Positions 9,203-17,146 of a stretch of 40,772 nucleotides of DNA are shown piece by piece. The stretch is from an uncultured Dehalococcoidia bacterium (GTDB taxonomy: Bacteria; Chloroflexota; Dehalococcoidia; SZUA-161; SpSt-899). Position 1 is the first letter of the stretch. Every line of letters begins with the position of its first letter. The notes beneath the pieces were generated by a model, which was given only the letters and a program-made list of their open reading frames with translations, was not told the origin of the DNA and searched no databases. The DNA is taken from contig CAZJSO010000002.1 in NCBI GenBank assembly GCA_964548795.1, forward strand, positions 1-40,772, in the 5' to 3' direction. The position numbers and the translations under genes are program-made.

Positions 9203-11974
9203 CTACTTTTTCTCCACGGCCGATATTATTGGCTCTATCTCCGGCCGCCAGGAAGGTGTTTTCCAAGCTCCTTCATACTCAACTCGACGGTTAGTCTTGT
9301 AGACCTTAACCCTAGCTGCTGTCTCCTGGCTGAAGGATATGGGGCAAACATGCTTAAAATCTGACTCTAACAGAATATTGAAGTTAGTCCCTTTACCAAA
9401 GGCGACAGGTTGGCCTTTGGCCCAACTTCCGGAACAGGCCGCGATGGACACCGTTTTGGGATGCATGCCTTGCATCGTCTTTAAATAACCGGTTACCTTC
9501 CTTCCGTAAGGTGTCTCCAGACAAATGAGATCCCCATCTTTCAGGCCCTTTTCCGCTGCTGTATCGGCATTCATAGTAATGGTGTAGGTATAAGGCGAAA
9601 GCCGACTGGCCTCATCTAACCAGGGGGCTTCCATAGTGCCCGAGCCAGCATGAAGTATATCACGGTAGGAGAAGCAGTAGAGGTCGTATTCTGAGTCTCC
9701 TTCCTTGGCCACCTGCGGTTTAAAGTAACTCAGCAAGGGCGTCCATTGTTCCCACTCAAGTTCCAGCCCGATCTTCCTGGCGTTTTCCATCACGTGAGGC
9801 CGGAGTTCGGCTATATGTTCCTGATAGATGGGAACTCTGGCTTTAACAAATGGCCTCCAGTAGGCCTCCCTTACTCGCTTGGGCCAGTGTATGTAGCCAT
9901 GCTCCTTGAAATAATCCAGCCCGTGGTCTGGGCCGAAGTAATACTTCAGCACTCGATCGATTAGCTCAGGGTAGGTGATTTTTTCCTCTGGTTTTATTAG
10001 CTCCACGACCTTGCTCTTGTCTATCCCGAAAGCGGCTCTCATGCCTTTAATATCACCGCCGATGAGAGCCTCACCGCCGAAGCTCGAGAAGTAAACGTTA
10101 TAATAGTGGTTGAGCTGCTCCCTCATCCCCAGCCGATCCATCAATTCCCAAAGGATCTCGATAACCTGGCGGCGTTCATATTGTGGCTTGACCACCGGCT
10201 GGCGAAGGGGGAAATACCAACCCTCAAGCCCAATGGGCCAGGTGAAGAAGGGGGCATGCTGTTCGAAGAGCCCCCAGCTCTCCATGGAGTGGGTATCTGG
10301 AAGCACTATATCAGCAAAGCCTTCGTTGAATTCATTGAAGGTAGTATTAATGGAAACCGTAAAAGGAACCTTCTTAAAGAATTCGGTTACTACCTCTCGG
10401 TTCTGAGTTGTGCGGGCAAAGTTGGCCCCATAAATGAGGGCCACTTTTATTTCATAGGGACGTCCGGCTTTGTTCCAGTAATCCTCAAAATCGCTGGTTG
10501 CCGGGTGAGGGGAGAAGGAAGCTGTGGGGACGAGATCCTTAAAGCACACATCGGCCGGCACTTTAGACTCCTCCACGGGCCAGGCCTTATGCTCCATCCA
10601 GGTCCCTGTAGTAAGCATGCCATCGCGGGGGTCAGGGTAGGGCATAATGATAAATCGGCCTGTCCCGGGGTAGCCCAAACTCACTGGAGGCCAGCCAATA
10701 GTGCCTCCGGGAACATCCATGGCCCCTACTATGGCATTAAGCAGGCATACGGACATGTAAGCGTGCCCCCCATTGGTATGCCCCTGACCACCGCGGAACA
10801 TTATGGCTGATACCGGCCTGTAGGGTAATTTCTCTACATCCCCAGCCTCTCCACGCACTTCAATAGTGCTACCTACCCTGGCTTCCTGAGCAAATTCGGT
10901 GGCGAGGCGATGGATCGTCTTGGCTGGCACGGTACTCATTTCCGAGGCGAACTCCGGGGTATACTGCTTAACGTGTTCCTTTATGAGTTGAAAGGCAGGC
11001 TGGCATTTGATGCCTTGCACTTCATAATTCCCGAAGAGCGCTACATCGGTAGAGTCAATGATGCTAGGGTCATCCCAGACCTTGGCTTTGCCTTCCTTTT
11101 CATCCCACAGCATCGGCTTACCAGTCTCCTTATCCCTTACGTAGGTCAAATCAGAGCCAACTAAGTAGGAACCATTCGTCCTCGTCTTGAGAAAGTCGGC
11201 GTCGTATATCCCAAGCTCGTTCAAAATCACGTTGACCATGGCCAAGGCTATGGCCCCGTCCGTTCCAGGCAGCAGAGGAATCCACTCAGTAGCCTTACCA
11301 CCACCAAAGTTGCACATGGGGTCGAAGACTACAATTTTAGCCCCCCTGGCTCGGGCCTCGGCTGCCAGCCGAGCATTGAAGCCGAAGGAATGGCCGGAGC
11401 CTGCACCTTTGTTAGAGCCGAAGTAAATAACGTAATTGGTATATTTCCAATCGGGGACAATTGACCAGGAAGCATGGAAAAGGCCAGCCCCTAGGTGGGC
11501 TGCATTTCCACAGTGGAGTCCAGCTCCGCCAATATACCAGTTGGGGGTGCCGAAAAGGGATCCGAAAACGGCGAAACCTAAGGCCAAGTTGGAGGCCGTA
11601 CCTGGAGTGGGGGTGCCTCCGTGCAGAAGCTGGCGAGGGTCGTCCTTTATCTCCTTTAGCCTTTGGGTTATCTCGTCGAGGGCCTCATCCCAGGATATTC
11701 GCTTCCATTGGGGGTCCTCGAAAAGTCCCTTCTTCGGATTAGTCCGCCTCATGGGGTAGTTCACCCGATTAGGGTCGTAGAACTGCTGAATGAGAGCCGG
11801 AGCCTTGGCACATACGCCACCTCGAGGGCCAAAGTCTGTGTCAGGGTCTCCTTCTACCTTTACAATCACGCCGTTCACCCGATGAACCCTGATGGTGCAG
11901 GTGGCATAGCACCCTCCGCAAGTGGTCCTAACCCAGGTATCGTCCCATATTTCTGGTTGTTTAGCCTCTGGCAT
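9203..11974 (-). CDS. molybdopterin (bis-PGD) oxidoreductase catalytic subunit, DMSO-reductase superfamily, no signal peptide
   Basis: About 923 aa with an N-terminal CGGCYATC...C [4Fe-4S] motif and a candidate Mo-ligand region GLHCGNAAH. Start taken as the ATG at 11974, because the track GTG at 11983 is part of the SD GAAGGAGGTG. Only about 20 residues precede the first Cys, with no RR motif. Confidence 0.85.
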   Translation of the reverse strand: MPEAKQPEIWDDTWVRTTCGGCYATCTIRVHRVNGVIVKVEGDPDTDFGPRGGVCAKAPALIQQFYDPNRVNYPMRRTNPKKGLFEDPQWKRISWDEALDEITQRLKEIKDDPRQLLHGGTPTPGTASNLALGFAVFGSLFGTPNWYIGGAGLHCGNAAHLGAGLFHASWSIVPDWKYTNYVIYFGSNKGAGSGHSFGFNARLAAEARARGAKIVVFDPMCNFGGGKATEWIPLLPGTDGAIALAMVNVILNELGIYDADFLKTRTNGSYLVGSDLTYVRDKETGKPMLWDEKEGKAKVWDDPSIIDSTDVALFGNYEVQGIKCQPAFQLIKEHVKQYTPEFASEMSTVPAKTIHRLATEFAQEARVGSTIEVRGEAGDVEKLPYRPVSAIMFRGGQGHTNGGHAYMSVCLLNAIVGAMDVPGGTIGWPPVSLGYPGTGRFIIMPYPDPRDGMLTTGTWMEHKAWPVEESKVPADVCFKDLVPTASFSPHPATSDFEDYWNKAGRPYEIKVALIYGANFARTTQNREVVTEFFKKVPFTVSINTTFNEFNEGFADIVLPDTHSMESWGLFEQHAPFFTWPIGLEGWYFPLRQPVVKPQYERRQVIEILWELMDRLGMREQLNHYYNVYFSSFGGEALIGGDIKGMRAAFGIDKSKVVELIKPEEKITYPELIDRVLKYYFGPDHGLDYFKEHGYIHWPKRVREAYWRPFVKARVPIYQEHIAELRPHVMENARKIGLELEWEQWTPLLSYFKPQVAKEGDSEYDLYCFSYRDILHAGSGTMEAPWLDEASRLSPYTYTITMNADTAAEKGLKDGDLICLETPYGRKVTGYLKTMQGMHPKTVSIAACSGSWAKGQPVAFGKGTNFNILLESDFKHVCPISFSQETAARVKVYKTNRRVEYEGAWKTPSWRPEIEPIISAVEKK

Positions 11975-12108
11975 GACAAACACCTCCTTCGGGTAGTAAA
12001 AGGAAAGTTTGCTTGGGGAAGCTGGTGGAATTTAGAATTTGAGGAAGATTGTTTAACTCTAGTGAAAAATTGAAGTTATAATCACTCTCCACGATTCCGC
12101 CACTAGAA

Positions 12109-12138
12109 ACAATAGCACTTCGCTGGATATTTTGTCAA
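12109..12138 (-). promoter_or_regulatory. putative promoter for the molybdoenzyme/OFOR cluster
   Basis: The minus strand reads TTGACA (12138-12133), an 18-nt spacer ending in TGc, then TATTGT (12114-12109). This would give a 5' UTR of about 125 nt. Confidence 0.3.
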
Positions 12139-12229
12139 GCAATCGGAGTTGGTGGTTGTACCGTGCAGACACGGGCTTTGAAGCTCGCCCTGAGATCTAG
12201 CGAGACTGAGCGGAATAGCACTCTGACTG

Positions 12230-12259
12230 TTGGTTTTCCTCACCCTTTCGTGGTAAAAT
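12230..12259 (+). promoter_or_regulatory. putative extended -10 promoter for plsY
   Basis: TTGGTT (12230-12235), an 18-nt spacer, then TGgTAAAAT (12251-12259). A palindrome CCTAGTgctACTAGG follows at 12268-12282. Confidence 0.3.
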
Positions 12260-12296
12260 CCAAGAAGCCTAGTGCTACTAGGTATTGGGGGGCAGC

Positions 12297-12905
12297 ATGG
12301 TTGCGGCACTAAGCCTCGCATTGGCCTACTTGCTGGGTTCTACCCCCTTTGCTTACCTTATCGGCAAGCTGAAAGGCGTTGATGTTCGTCGAGTTGGTGA
12401 CCACAATGTGGGCACGGCCAATGTGTTCCGCCATGCTGGACTAACTGCTGGCGTAACCACCCTGGTAGCGGATATAGGCAAAGGGGCCCTGGCAATGGTG
12501 GTAACTAGAGCCTTGGGCGGGGAGTGGTTATTGGCATACTTGGCCGGAGGCACTGCAGTGGCAGGTCACAACTGGTCGGTGTTCTTGCGCTTTCGGGGAG
12601 GCCGGGGTATGGGGCCGATGATAGGTGTCCTCCTCATCCTCCTTCCCAGGGAAATGTCAATCGCCCTAGGGTTTACTGCTGTGCCGCTTTTTCTCACCCG
12701 TAACCTTATTTGGTGCGGGATGGCCCTTTTCATTCCCCTGCCCGTGCTTTGCTGGTTCTTCGGCGAACCGCTGTCCTTGTTGGTTTACTCCATGGCCCTA
12801 CCCTGTCTGCTGGGCTTGACCCACTGGCTGACCACACGCCATTTGCCACCAGAGGCCCGTAAGGAGGCAGAGACGCTATGGGTGGCCTCTGGGGATAAGT
12901 CGTGA
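12297..12905 (+). CDS. plsY: glycerol-3-phosphate acyltransferase PlsY
   Basis: AYLLGSTPFAYLIGKL, GDHNVGTANVFR and the multi-pass membrane pattern of PlsY. ATG at 12297 is preferred; the track TTG at 12285 is possible. Confidence 0.85.
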   Translation: MVAALSLALAYLLGSTPFAYLIGKLKGVDVRRVGDHNVGTANVFRHAGLTAGVTTLVADIGKGALAMVVTRALGGEWLLAYLAGGTAVAGHNWSVFLRFRGGRGMGPMIGVLLILLPREMSIALGFTAVPLFLTRNLIWCGMALFIPLPVLCWFFGEPLSLLVYSMALPCLLGLTHWLTTRHLPPEARKEAETLWVASGDKS

Positions 12906-12943
12906 GTGCCACGGCGCTGGCTAAACGTACCCCATTATCTGAA

Positions 12944-14146
12944 TCAGGGGTAGCTTACCGTAAGCACTTGGTCATCATAGGTAGTCAGCCTTTCAACGCC
13001 GGCCTTGGTAACCAGGTAGTCATCCTCTACCCCGACAGCTCCTACCCCGGGGAAGACCAGTTTGGGCTCGAAGGCAAAAACCATGCCCTCTTGGAATTCC
13101 TCATGAAAGTTGGGAGCCACCAGGGGATATTCATCGATCTCAAGACCGATTCCATGTCCCACAAAGGAGACCTGGTGTCCCTTGTAGCCCATAAAGTAGT
13201 CCTGGTATCCCCGTTGATGGGCCAGTTTTATCACTTCCCTGTAGAGTGCGGAGCAGCACCGGCCGGGCCTGACCCACCCTTCCATAAAGTCCTTGACCTC
13301 TTTGGCGAAGGAGTAAGCCTGTTGTAATTCCGGAGACAATTCTCCAACTACAAAAGTGCGAGTCATGTCCGTTACATATCCGTTAATTCCTATGCCGAAA
13401 TCAATGATGATGGGCTCATTTCTAGCGATGCGGTTAAAGCTGGCTCCCTGAGCAATAGCGGGTGTAGTTCCCTGGCCACCTAAAGGTGCCTCTAGGAAAG
13501 AGGGGATGACAGCGGTCTTACCGCAGAAGACGTGAGCGTAAAACATCTCCTGATTATAGCCGCGCATCCGCAGGCGACCTTGGTGCCCCAGCCGCCTGGC
13601 CAGATTCCCCAGGAGACCATCAACATCGAGCTCAGTCATTCCTGGCCGAATGCTTCTCTGAGCTTCCCGCATAACCTCATTTAAAATCTCGCAGGCCTTC
13701 CTGATTTGGGCGATTTCGTAGTCTGATTTAAGCATCCGTGCTTTTCTGATAAGCTCAGAGATGTCCACAAATTCCGCCTGTGGGAAATCCTGACGCAGGG
13801 CAAGGTAGGATCTGACTGGGAGGATGTCCATCTCCAGGCCTATCCGCCCTCGCACGGAGTAGTTGAATTTCGCCAAGGCTCGGCCCAGTTGGTGGTTATT
13901 TTTCAAGGGAAGTATCTGGTTGAGCGGGGATTCTCTAGAAGCTCGGCCGAAGTCCCTTTGCACTGCCAAGACAGGCTCACCTTGAGCGGGGATGAAGAGA
14001 AGGGAACGTTGGATAGTGCCAGCAAGGTAGAAGAGATCAGCATTCTGGGAGATCAAGGCACCTTTGATATTAGCCTTTTGCAGCAGAGTCTGAAACCGGG
14101 CAATTCGGGAGGCAATCTCTTCTGGAGGTGTGTGCTCATATTCCAT
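12944..14146 (-). CDS. M24-family Xaa-Pro aminopeptidase/dipeptidase
   Basis: 400 aa with a creatinase-like N-domain followed by a pita-bread domain carrying the metal ligand pattern (DFGIGINGYVTDMTRTF, HGIGLEIDE, FEPK, VEDD). Confidence 0.85.
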   Translation of the reverse strand: MEYEHTPPEEIASRIARFQTLLQKANIKGALISQNADLFYLAGTIQRSLLFIPAQGEPVLAVQRDFGRASRESPLNQILPLKNNHQLGRALAKFNYSVRGRIGLEMDILPVRSYLALRQDFPQAEFVDISELIRKARMLKSDYEIAQIRKACEILNEVMREAQRSIRPGMTELDVDGLLGNLARRLGHQGRLRMRGYNQEMFYAHVFCGKTAVIPSFLEAPLGGQGTTPAIAQGASFNRIARNEPIIIDFGIGINGYVTDMTRTFVVGELSPELQQAYSFAKEVKDFMEGWVRPGRCCSALYREVIKLAHQRGYQDYFMGYKGHQVSFVGHGIGLEIDEYPLVAPNFHEEFQEGMVFAFEPKLVFPGVGAVGVEDDYLVTKAGVERLTTYDDQVLTVSYP

Positions 14147-14181
14147 GCTTAGCTCACTTACGGTAGGCTGATGGCTGAAAT

Positions 14182-14994
14182 TTAGATTTGGTAAGGCTCA
14201 TGCAGTGAATCTTCCATTTCCCGAACCAGAGTGAGGCCCTCTTCCTCAGTGAGTTCTATGCCCTTCTCAACCCTCTCTAGGTATTCATCTATGTGAGGTC
14301 TTTGCCGCCTTATTTCAGCAATTCTTCTCTCCTGCTGTTCCGCCCTCTGCTGGCAAGCTGAAAGATTTAATTGCAGCTCCAGCACCTGACATACACTTTC
14401 CAGCATAATTTCCACCATGCGGCGGTCCTCAATATTGGCCAGGTAAAAGGGAACCTCCCCCCAGAAGCTGACTGCCGAAAGCCTGCGCCTCTTAGCCAAC
14501 CAGAGCAAGAAGCCACTCATTGAGGTGGAGCCGTGGTAGCTGATAAAATCGAGAGGGTATGGAGATAGCTCTTGCCTTAGTTCTGGCCGGTTGAACACCG
14601 TCAGCACCCGACGTTTTCCCAAGTGCCCTGTCCTAGAGACCAGACCCCCAATGGTGTAGATCCTTTTGACCTTTAGCTCTTCGGCGAGGTCAAGCAGCAG
14701 GCTCAAGAATTCATACTGCGCCTGTGATGGTTGCATACTACGAAAAAGGATAAGGTTGGCTTGCTCTGAGTAATATAATGTGGAGGTAGGAAATTCAATC
14801 ACGTCAGCTTCTATAGAAACTGCGTTAAGTGAGAAGTAACCCAAGGGATTAAAGCGACAGAATTCCTCTGCCCCGACTTCTTGGCTCACATAATCAATAA
14901 GCTCCCCTCCCAGTGCTCCGGCATCTGGTTCCCAGCCCACCAATAAGCATGGCCGACGGATTTTAGGCCGTTTAAGAAATCTGATTTTCTCCAT
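14182..14994 (-). CDS. PAC2-family (proteasome assembly chaperone-like) protein, paralogue 2
   Basis: 270 aa. The N-terminal PCLLVGWEPDAGALGGELIDYV and the central RIYTIGGL and GEVPFY segments parallel the upstream paralogue. Length falls in the PAC2 family range. Assigned by eye. Confidence 0.6.
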   Translation of the reverse strand: MEKIRFLKRPKIRRPCLLVGWEPDAGALGGELIDYVSQEVGAEEFCRFNPLGYFSLNAVSIEADVIEFPTSTLYYSEQANLILFRSMQPSQAQYEFLSLLLDLAEELKVKRIYTIGGLVSRTGHLGKRRVLTVFNRPELRQELSPYPLDFISYHGSTSMSGFLLWLAKRRRLSAVSFWGEVPFYLANIEDRRMVEIMLESVCQVLELQLNLSACQQRAEQQERRIAEIRRQRPHIDEYLERVEKGIELTEEEGLTLVREMEDSLHEPYQI

Positions 14995-14999
14995 AGTTT

Positions 15000-15890
15000 C
15001 TAACTCCGCTTCTCCTTTCCGCCTTTAAAGAATTCTTCGATTTCCTTCATGATCCGTTCTTTATCCTTTTCAGTTATTGGCCCAACTTGTGGCACAATGG
15101 ACTTCAGCTTATCAAGCTCTCTTCTCACCTCTGGAGGGAAGCTCTCATACAGTTTCTCAATTTCTCGATCGGCTTGCTCGGCATAAAATCCAATCTCCCC
15201 CATGTCAATGTGAAGGTCAAGTATATGGGTGAGGACACTAAGAATAGACCGAGAGGCCTTAGGATACTGTAGAGGAAAGTGAGCGATATAGACCGGAATT
15301 TCCCCTAGAAAGCAAGCCCCCTCCATATTTCTTTCTTTGGCCACCCCTATCAAAACGCCGTTAAGGCCGGTAATGTTCCCGCTACCCCGCCGTTCCTCCA
15401 GTTCGCTGAGTAGCACCACGTTATGCCTCTTCAGCTCCGACAAGAGGTAGCGGCTATTAGGCACAGCCCAGACTCTTGGTTCAAATGTATGGTGAATTGA
15501 GGCCACTGCGGCCGCAGCGGTGTAAACTCGGCTTACGCCGAATTGCTGAGCTACATCGAGGATGAGGTTGGTCAAGGCATAGATTTTACTCTCCTCATGT
15601 GGCTGAGCCCCTCCGAGGAAGAATATCAGGTCAGGTTCACCTCGGTAGTAGAAGAAGATATTCTCCGGGAATTCCATGTCCCGCATTAGGCCATCTTCAA
15701 TCAGCACTTTATGGGGAAAGAAAAAGGGCTCTGGATTTATCTCAGCAAATCTTCTGGCCCTAAGCTTAGTCCTGAGATAACTCACCGTAGAAATGCCAAT
15801 GTTGGCTATGCCTGGCCAGCCAGCGATGAGGATGGGACTTTTAAGCTGTGGCCGACTGTAGAACCTGATTTCTGATTTAGGATTTTTCAC
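15000..15890 (-). CDS. PAC2-family (proteasome assembly chaperone-like) protein, paralogue 1
   Basis: 296 aa with SPILIAGWPGIANIGISTVSYL, RVYTAAA, ITGLNGVL and GEIPVY, resembling archaeal PbaA/PbaB-type PAC2 proteins. The GTG start shares 1 nt with the VWA gene stop, and a strong SD GGGGGAG is present. Confidence 0.65.
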   Translation of the reverse strand: MKNPKSEIRFYSRPQLKSPILIAGWPGIANIGISTVSYLRTKLRARRFAEINPEPFFFPHKVLIEDGLMRDMEFPENIFFYYRGEPDLIFFLGGAQPHEESKIYALTNLILDVAQQFGVSRVYTAAAAVASIHHTFEPRVWAVPNSRYLLSELKRHNVVLLSELEERRGSGNITGLNGVLIGVAKERNMEGACFLGEIPVYIAHFPLQYPKASRSILSVLTHILDLHIDMGEIGFYAEQADREIEKLYESFPPEVRRELDKLKSIVPQVGPITEKDKERIMKEIEEFFKGGKEKRS

Positions 15891-17146
15891 TAAACTCCCC
15901 CTTTCCTCAACTTGAGGTAGTCCTCGACCACCACCTTGCCCAGCGTAATCGGGGAGGTAAAGAACACTCGCCCCAGATTTCTTCTGGCCAAACTTGAGGC
16001 CAGGCGTCTTAACCTGGGGGTTTCGTCCAGCATGATTATATTGAGTCCTATAGCCTGCTGACGGTAGAGCCAGGCTTCTTCCAGCAGGCCTAAAGCGGCC
16101 TGTTCAAAACCAACATAGGCACCGTCCTCCATGTTAGGCTCAGCATCTGTGATCAAGTAAGCCTGCCGAGCTCCCTTCTGCCCCGCTACTGCTTTGCGAA
16201 AGGCTCGCAAGGCAGAGCGAATATCAGTGGCTCCACCGGTCATTACCTCATTGATGATCGCCCAAGGGGATATACGCCTGACCTTTTCGGAAAAGCTGAA
16301 GATTAACACTTCATCCTTTGGCTCCCGGCGGACGAGTTCAGAAAGTGCCAGAGCTGTTTCTAGGGCCGCCTCAAGCTTGTAACCATTCCTCATGGAACCA
16401 CTCTCATCAATAATTATCCCGGAGCAGATATTTATTTGGTGAATTTCCTCATGTATCTCGAAATCCCCCAACTCAAACCTTAACCCGCCGCATCTCCGTA
16501 GGGCATTCAAGGCAGTTTTCTCCACGTCCACCAAGGAATAGTCGTCGCCAAATTCATAGCTCCTGGTGTAAAGGGAAAGCTCTGCTCCAAAGCCAGGCTT
16601 CTCCATAAGATGAGAGCCCACATCTTTACCAACTAAGTGACGAAGAATGCGCTCTAAAATGCCTGAAGCCAACTTCCGGGCACCCCTGGAAGTTATCTTA
16701 ATCTTTCTATCCTCAATCTCGATATAACCTTCCTGCCGCAATTCCTGCAGAGCTTTTTCAACATCACCTTCGCCGATGCCAGATGATTTCCATCTCAGGT
16801 TCCTTATTCTTTCCTGTAGCTCTCTTCTGATTTCGTCTTCAAGGAGGCGCTGGGCTAATTCCTCTACCGATCCACCCTTAAGCAAGCTATCCATGACCTC
16901 ATAGGAGAGCCTCTCCTCGTACTCCTGCAATAAGTTTTCATATTCTTGAAGTCTGTTTTTTTCTTCACGGTCTCTCTCCTCCTTGAATCTCCTCAGCCTC
17001 TGTCCAAGTGAGCTTTCCGGATGTTGATAGGACAGGCGGATAACATCCCTTAAAGGGCGGCCCCCAAGCTGAGCGAGCTCTTGGAGCAGTTCGCTCTCTG
17101 TCTTGAGCTGACATCGGTCACAATATTCCCTCGCTGGGTAGGTCAA
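15890..17146 (-). CDS. VWA-domain protein (intact MIDAS) with coiled-coil N-terminal half
   Basis: 418 aa. The C-terminal VWA domain has DESGSM (DxSxS) plus downstream T and D positions. The N-terminal half is rich in E/R/L heptads. The TTG start overlaps the AAA+ gene stop (TTGA) and is preceded by SD GGGGG. Confidence 0.8.
   Translation of the reverse strand: MTYPAREYCDRCQLKTESELLQELAQLGGRPLRDVIRLSYQHPESSLGQRLRRFKEERDREEKNRLQEYENLLQEYEERLSYEVMDSLLKGGSVEELAQRLLEDEIRRELQERIRNLRWKSSGIGEGDVEKALQELRQEGYIEIEDRKIKITSRGARKLASGILERILRHLVGKDVGSHLMEKPGFGAELSLYTRSYEFGDDYSLVDVEKTALNALRRCGGLRFELGDFEIHEEIHQINICSGIIIDESGSMRNGYKLEAALETALALSELVRREPKDEVLIFSFSEKVRRISPWAIINEVMTGGATDIRSALRAFRKAVAGQKGARQAYLITDAEPNMEDGAYVGFEQAALGLLEEAWLYRQQAIGLNIIMLDETPRLRRLASSLARRNLGRVFFTSPITLGKVVVEDYLKLRKGGV

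Noticed and set aside
10106-10810. Long antisense ORFs inside confidently assigned genes. Examples are 10106-10810 (234 aa), 6261-6716, 27547-28029, 38465-38974, 33667-34146, 12902-13327, 35142-35459 and 35787-36143.
   Set aside because: They lie entirely within strong, motif-supported genes on the opposite strand or in another frame. Their composition is low-complexity and rich in Ser, Arg and Pro, and they carry no recognisable motifs. They are typical shadow ORFs.
11975-12140. A possible Moco riboswitch in the leader of the molybdoenzyme operon.
   Set aside because: I could not find the conserved Moco-motif segments as I recall them (for example the CCUCCGAG-type core). Only short generic stems are present.
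12103-12321. A 72-aa minus-strand ORF spanning the plsY promoter region.
   Set aside because: It has no motif, is Pro/Cys/Ser-rich, and overlaps the plsY start and the promoter-like elements. It is more likely non-coding intergenic sequence.
14182-15890. C-terminal HbYX proteasome-docking motifs on the PAC2-like proteins.
   Set aside because: The C-termini are ...GGKEKRS and ...HEPYQI. The Tyr is at position -3 rather than penultimate, so no canonical HbYX or GQYL motif is present and no proteasome link can be claimed from it.
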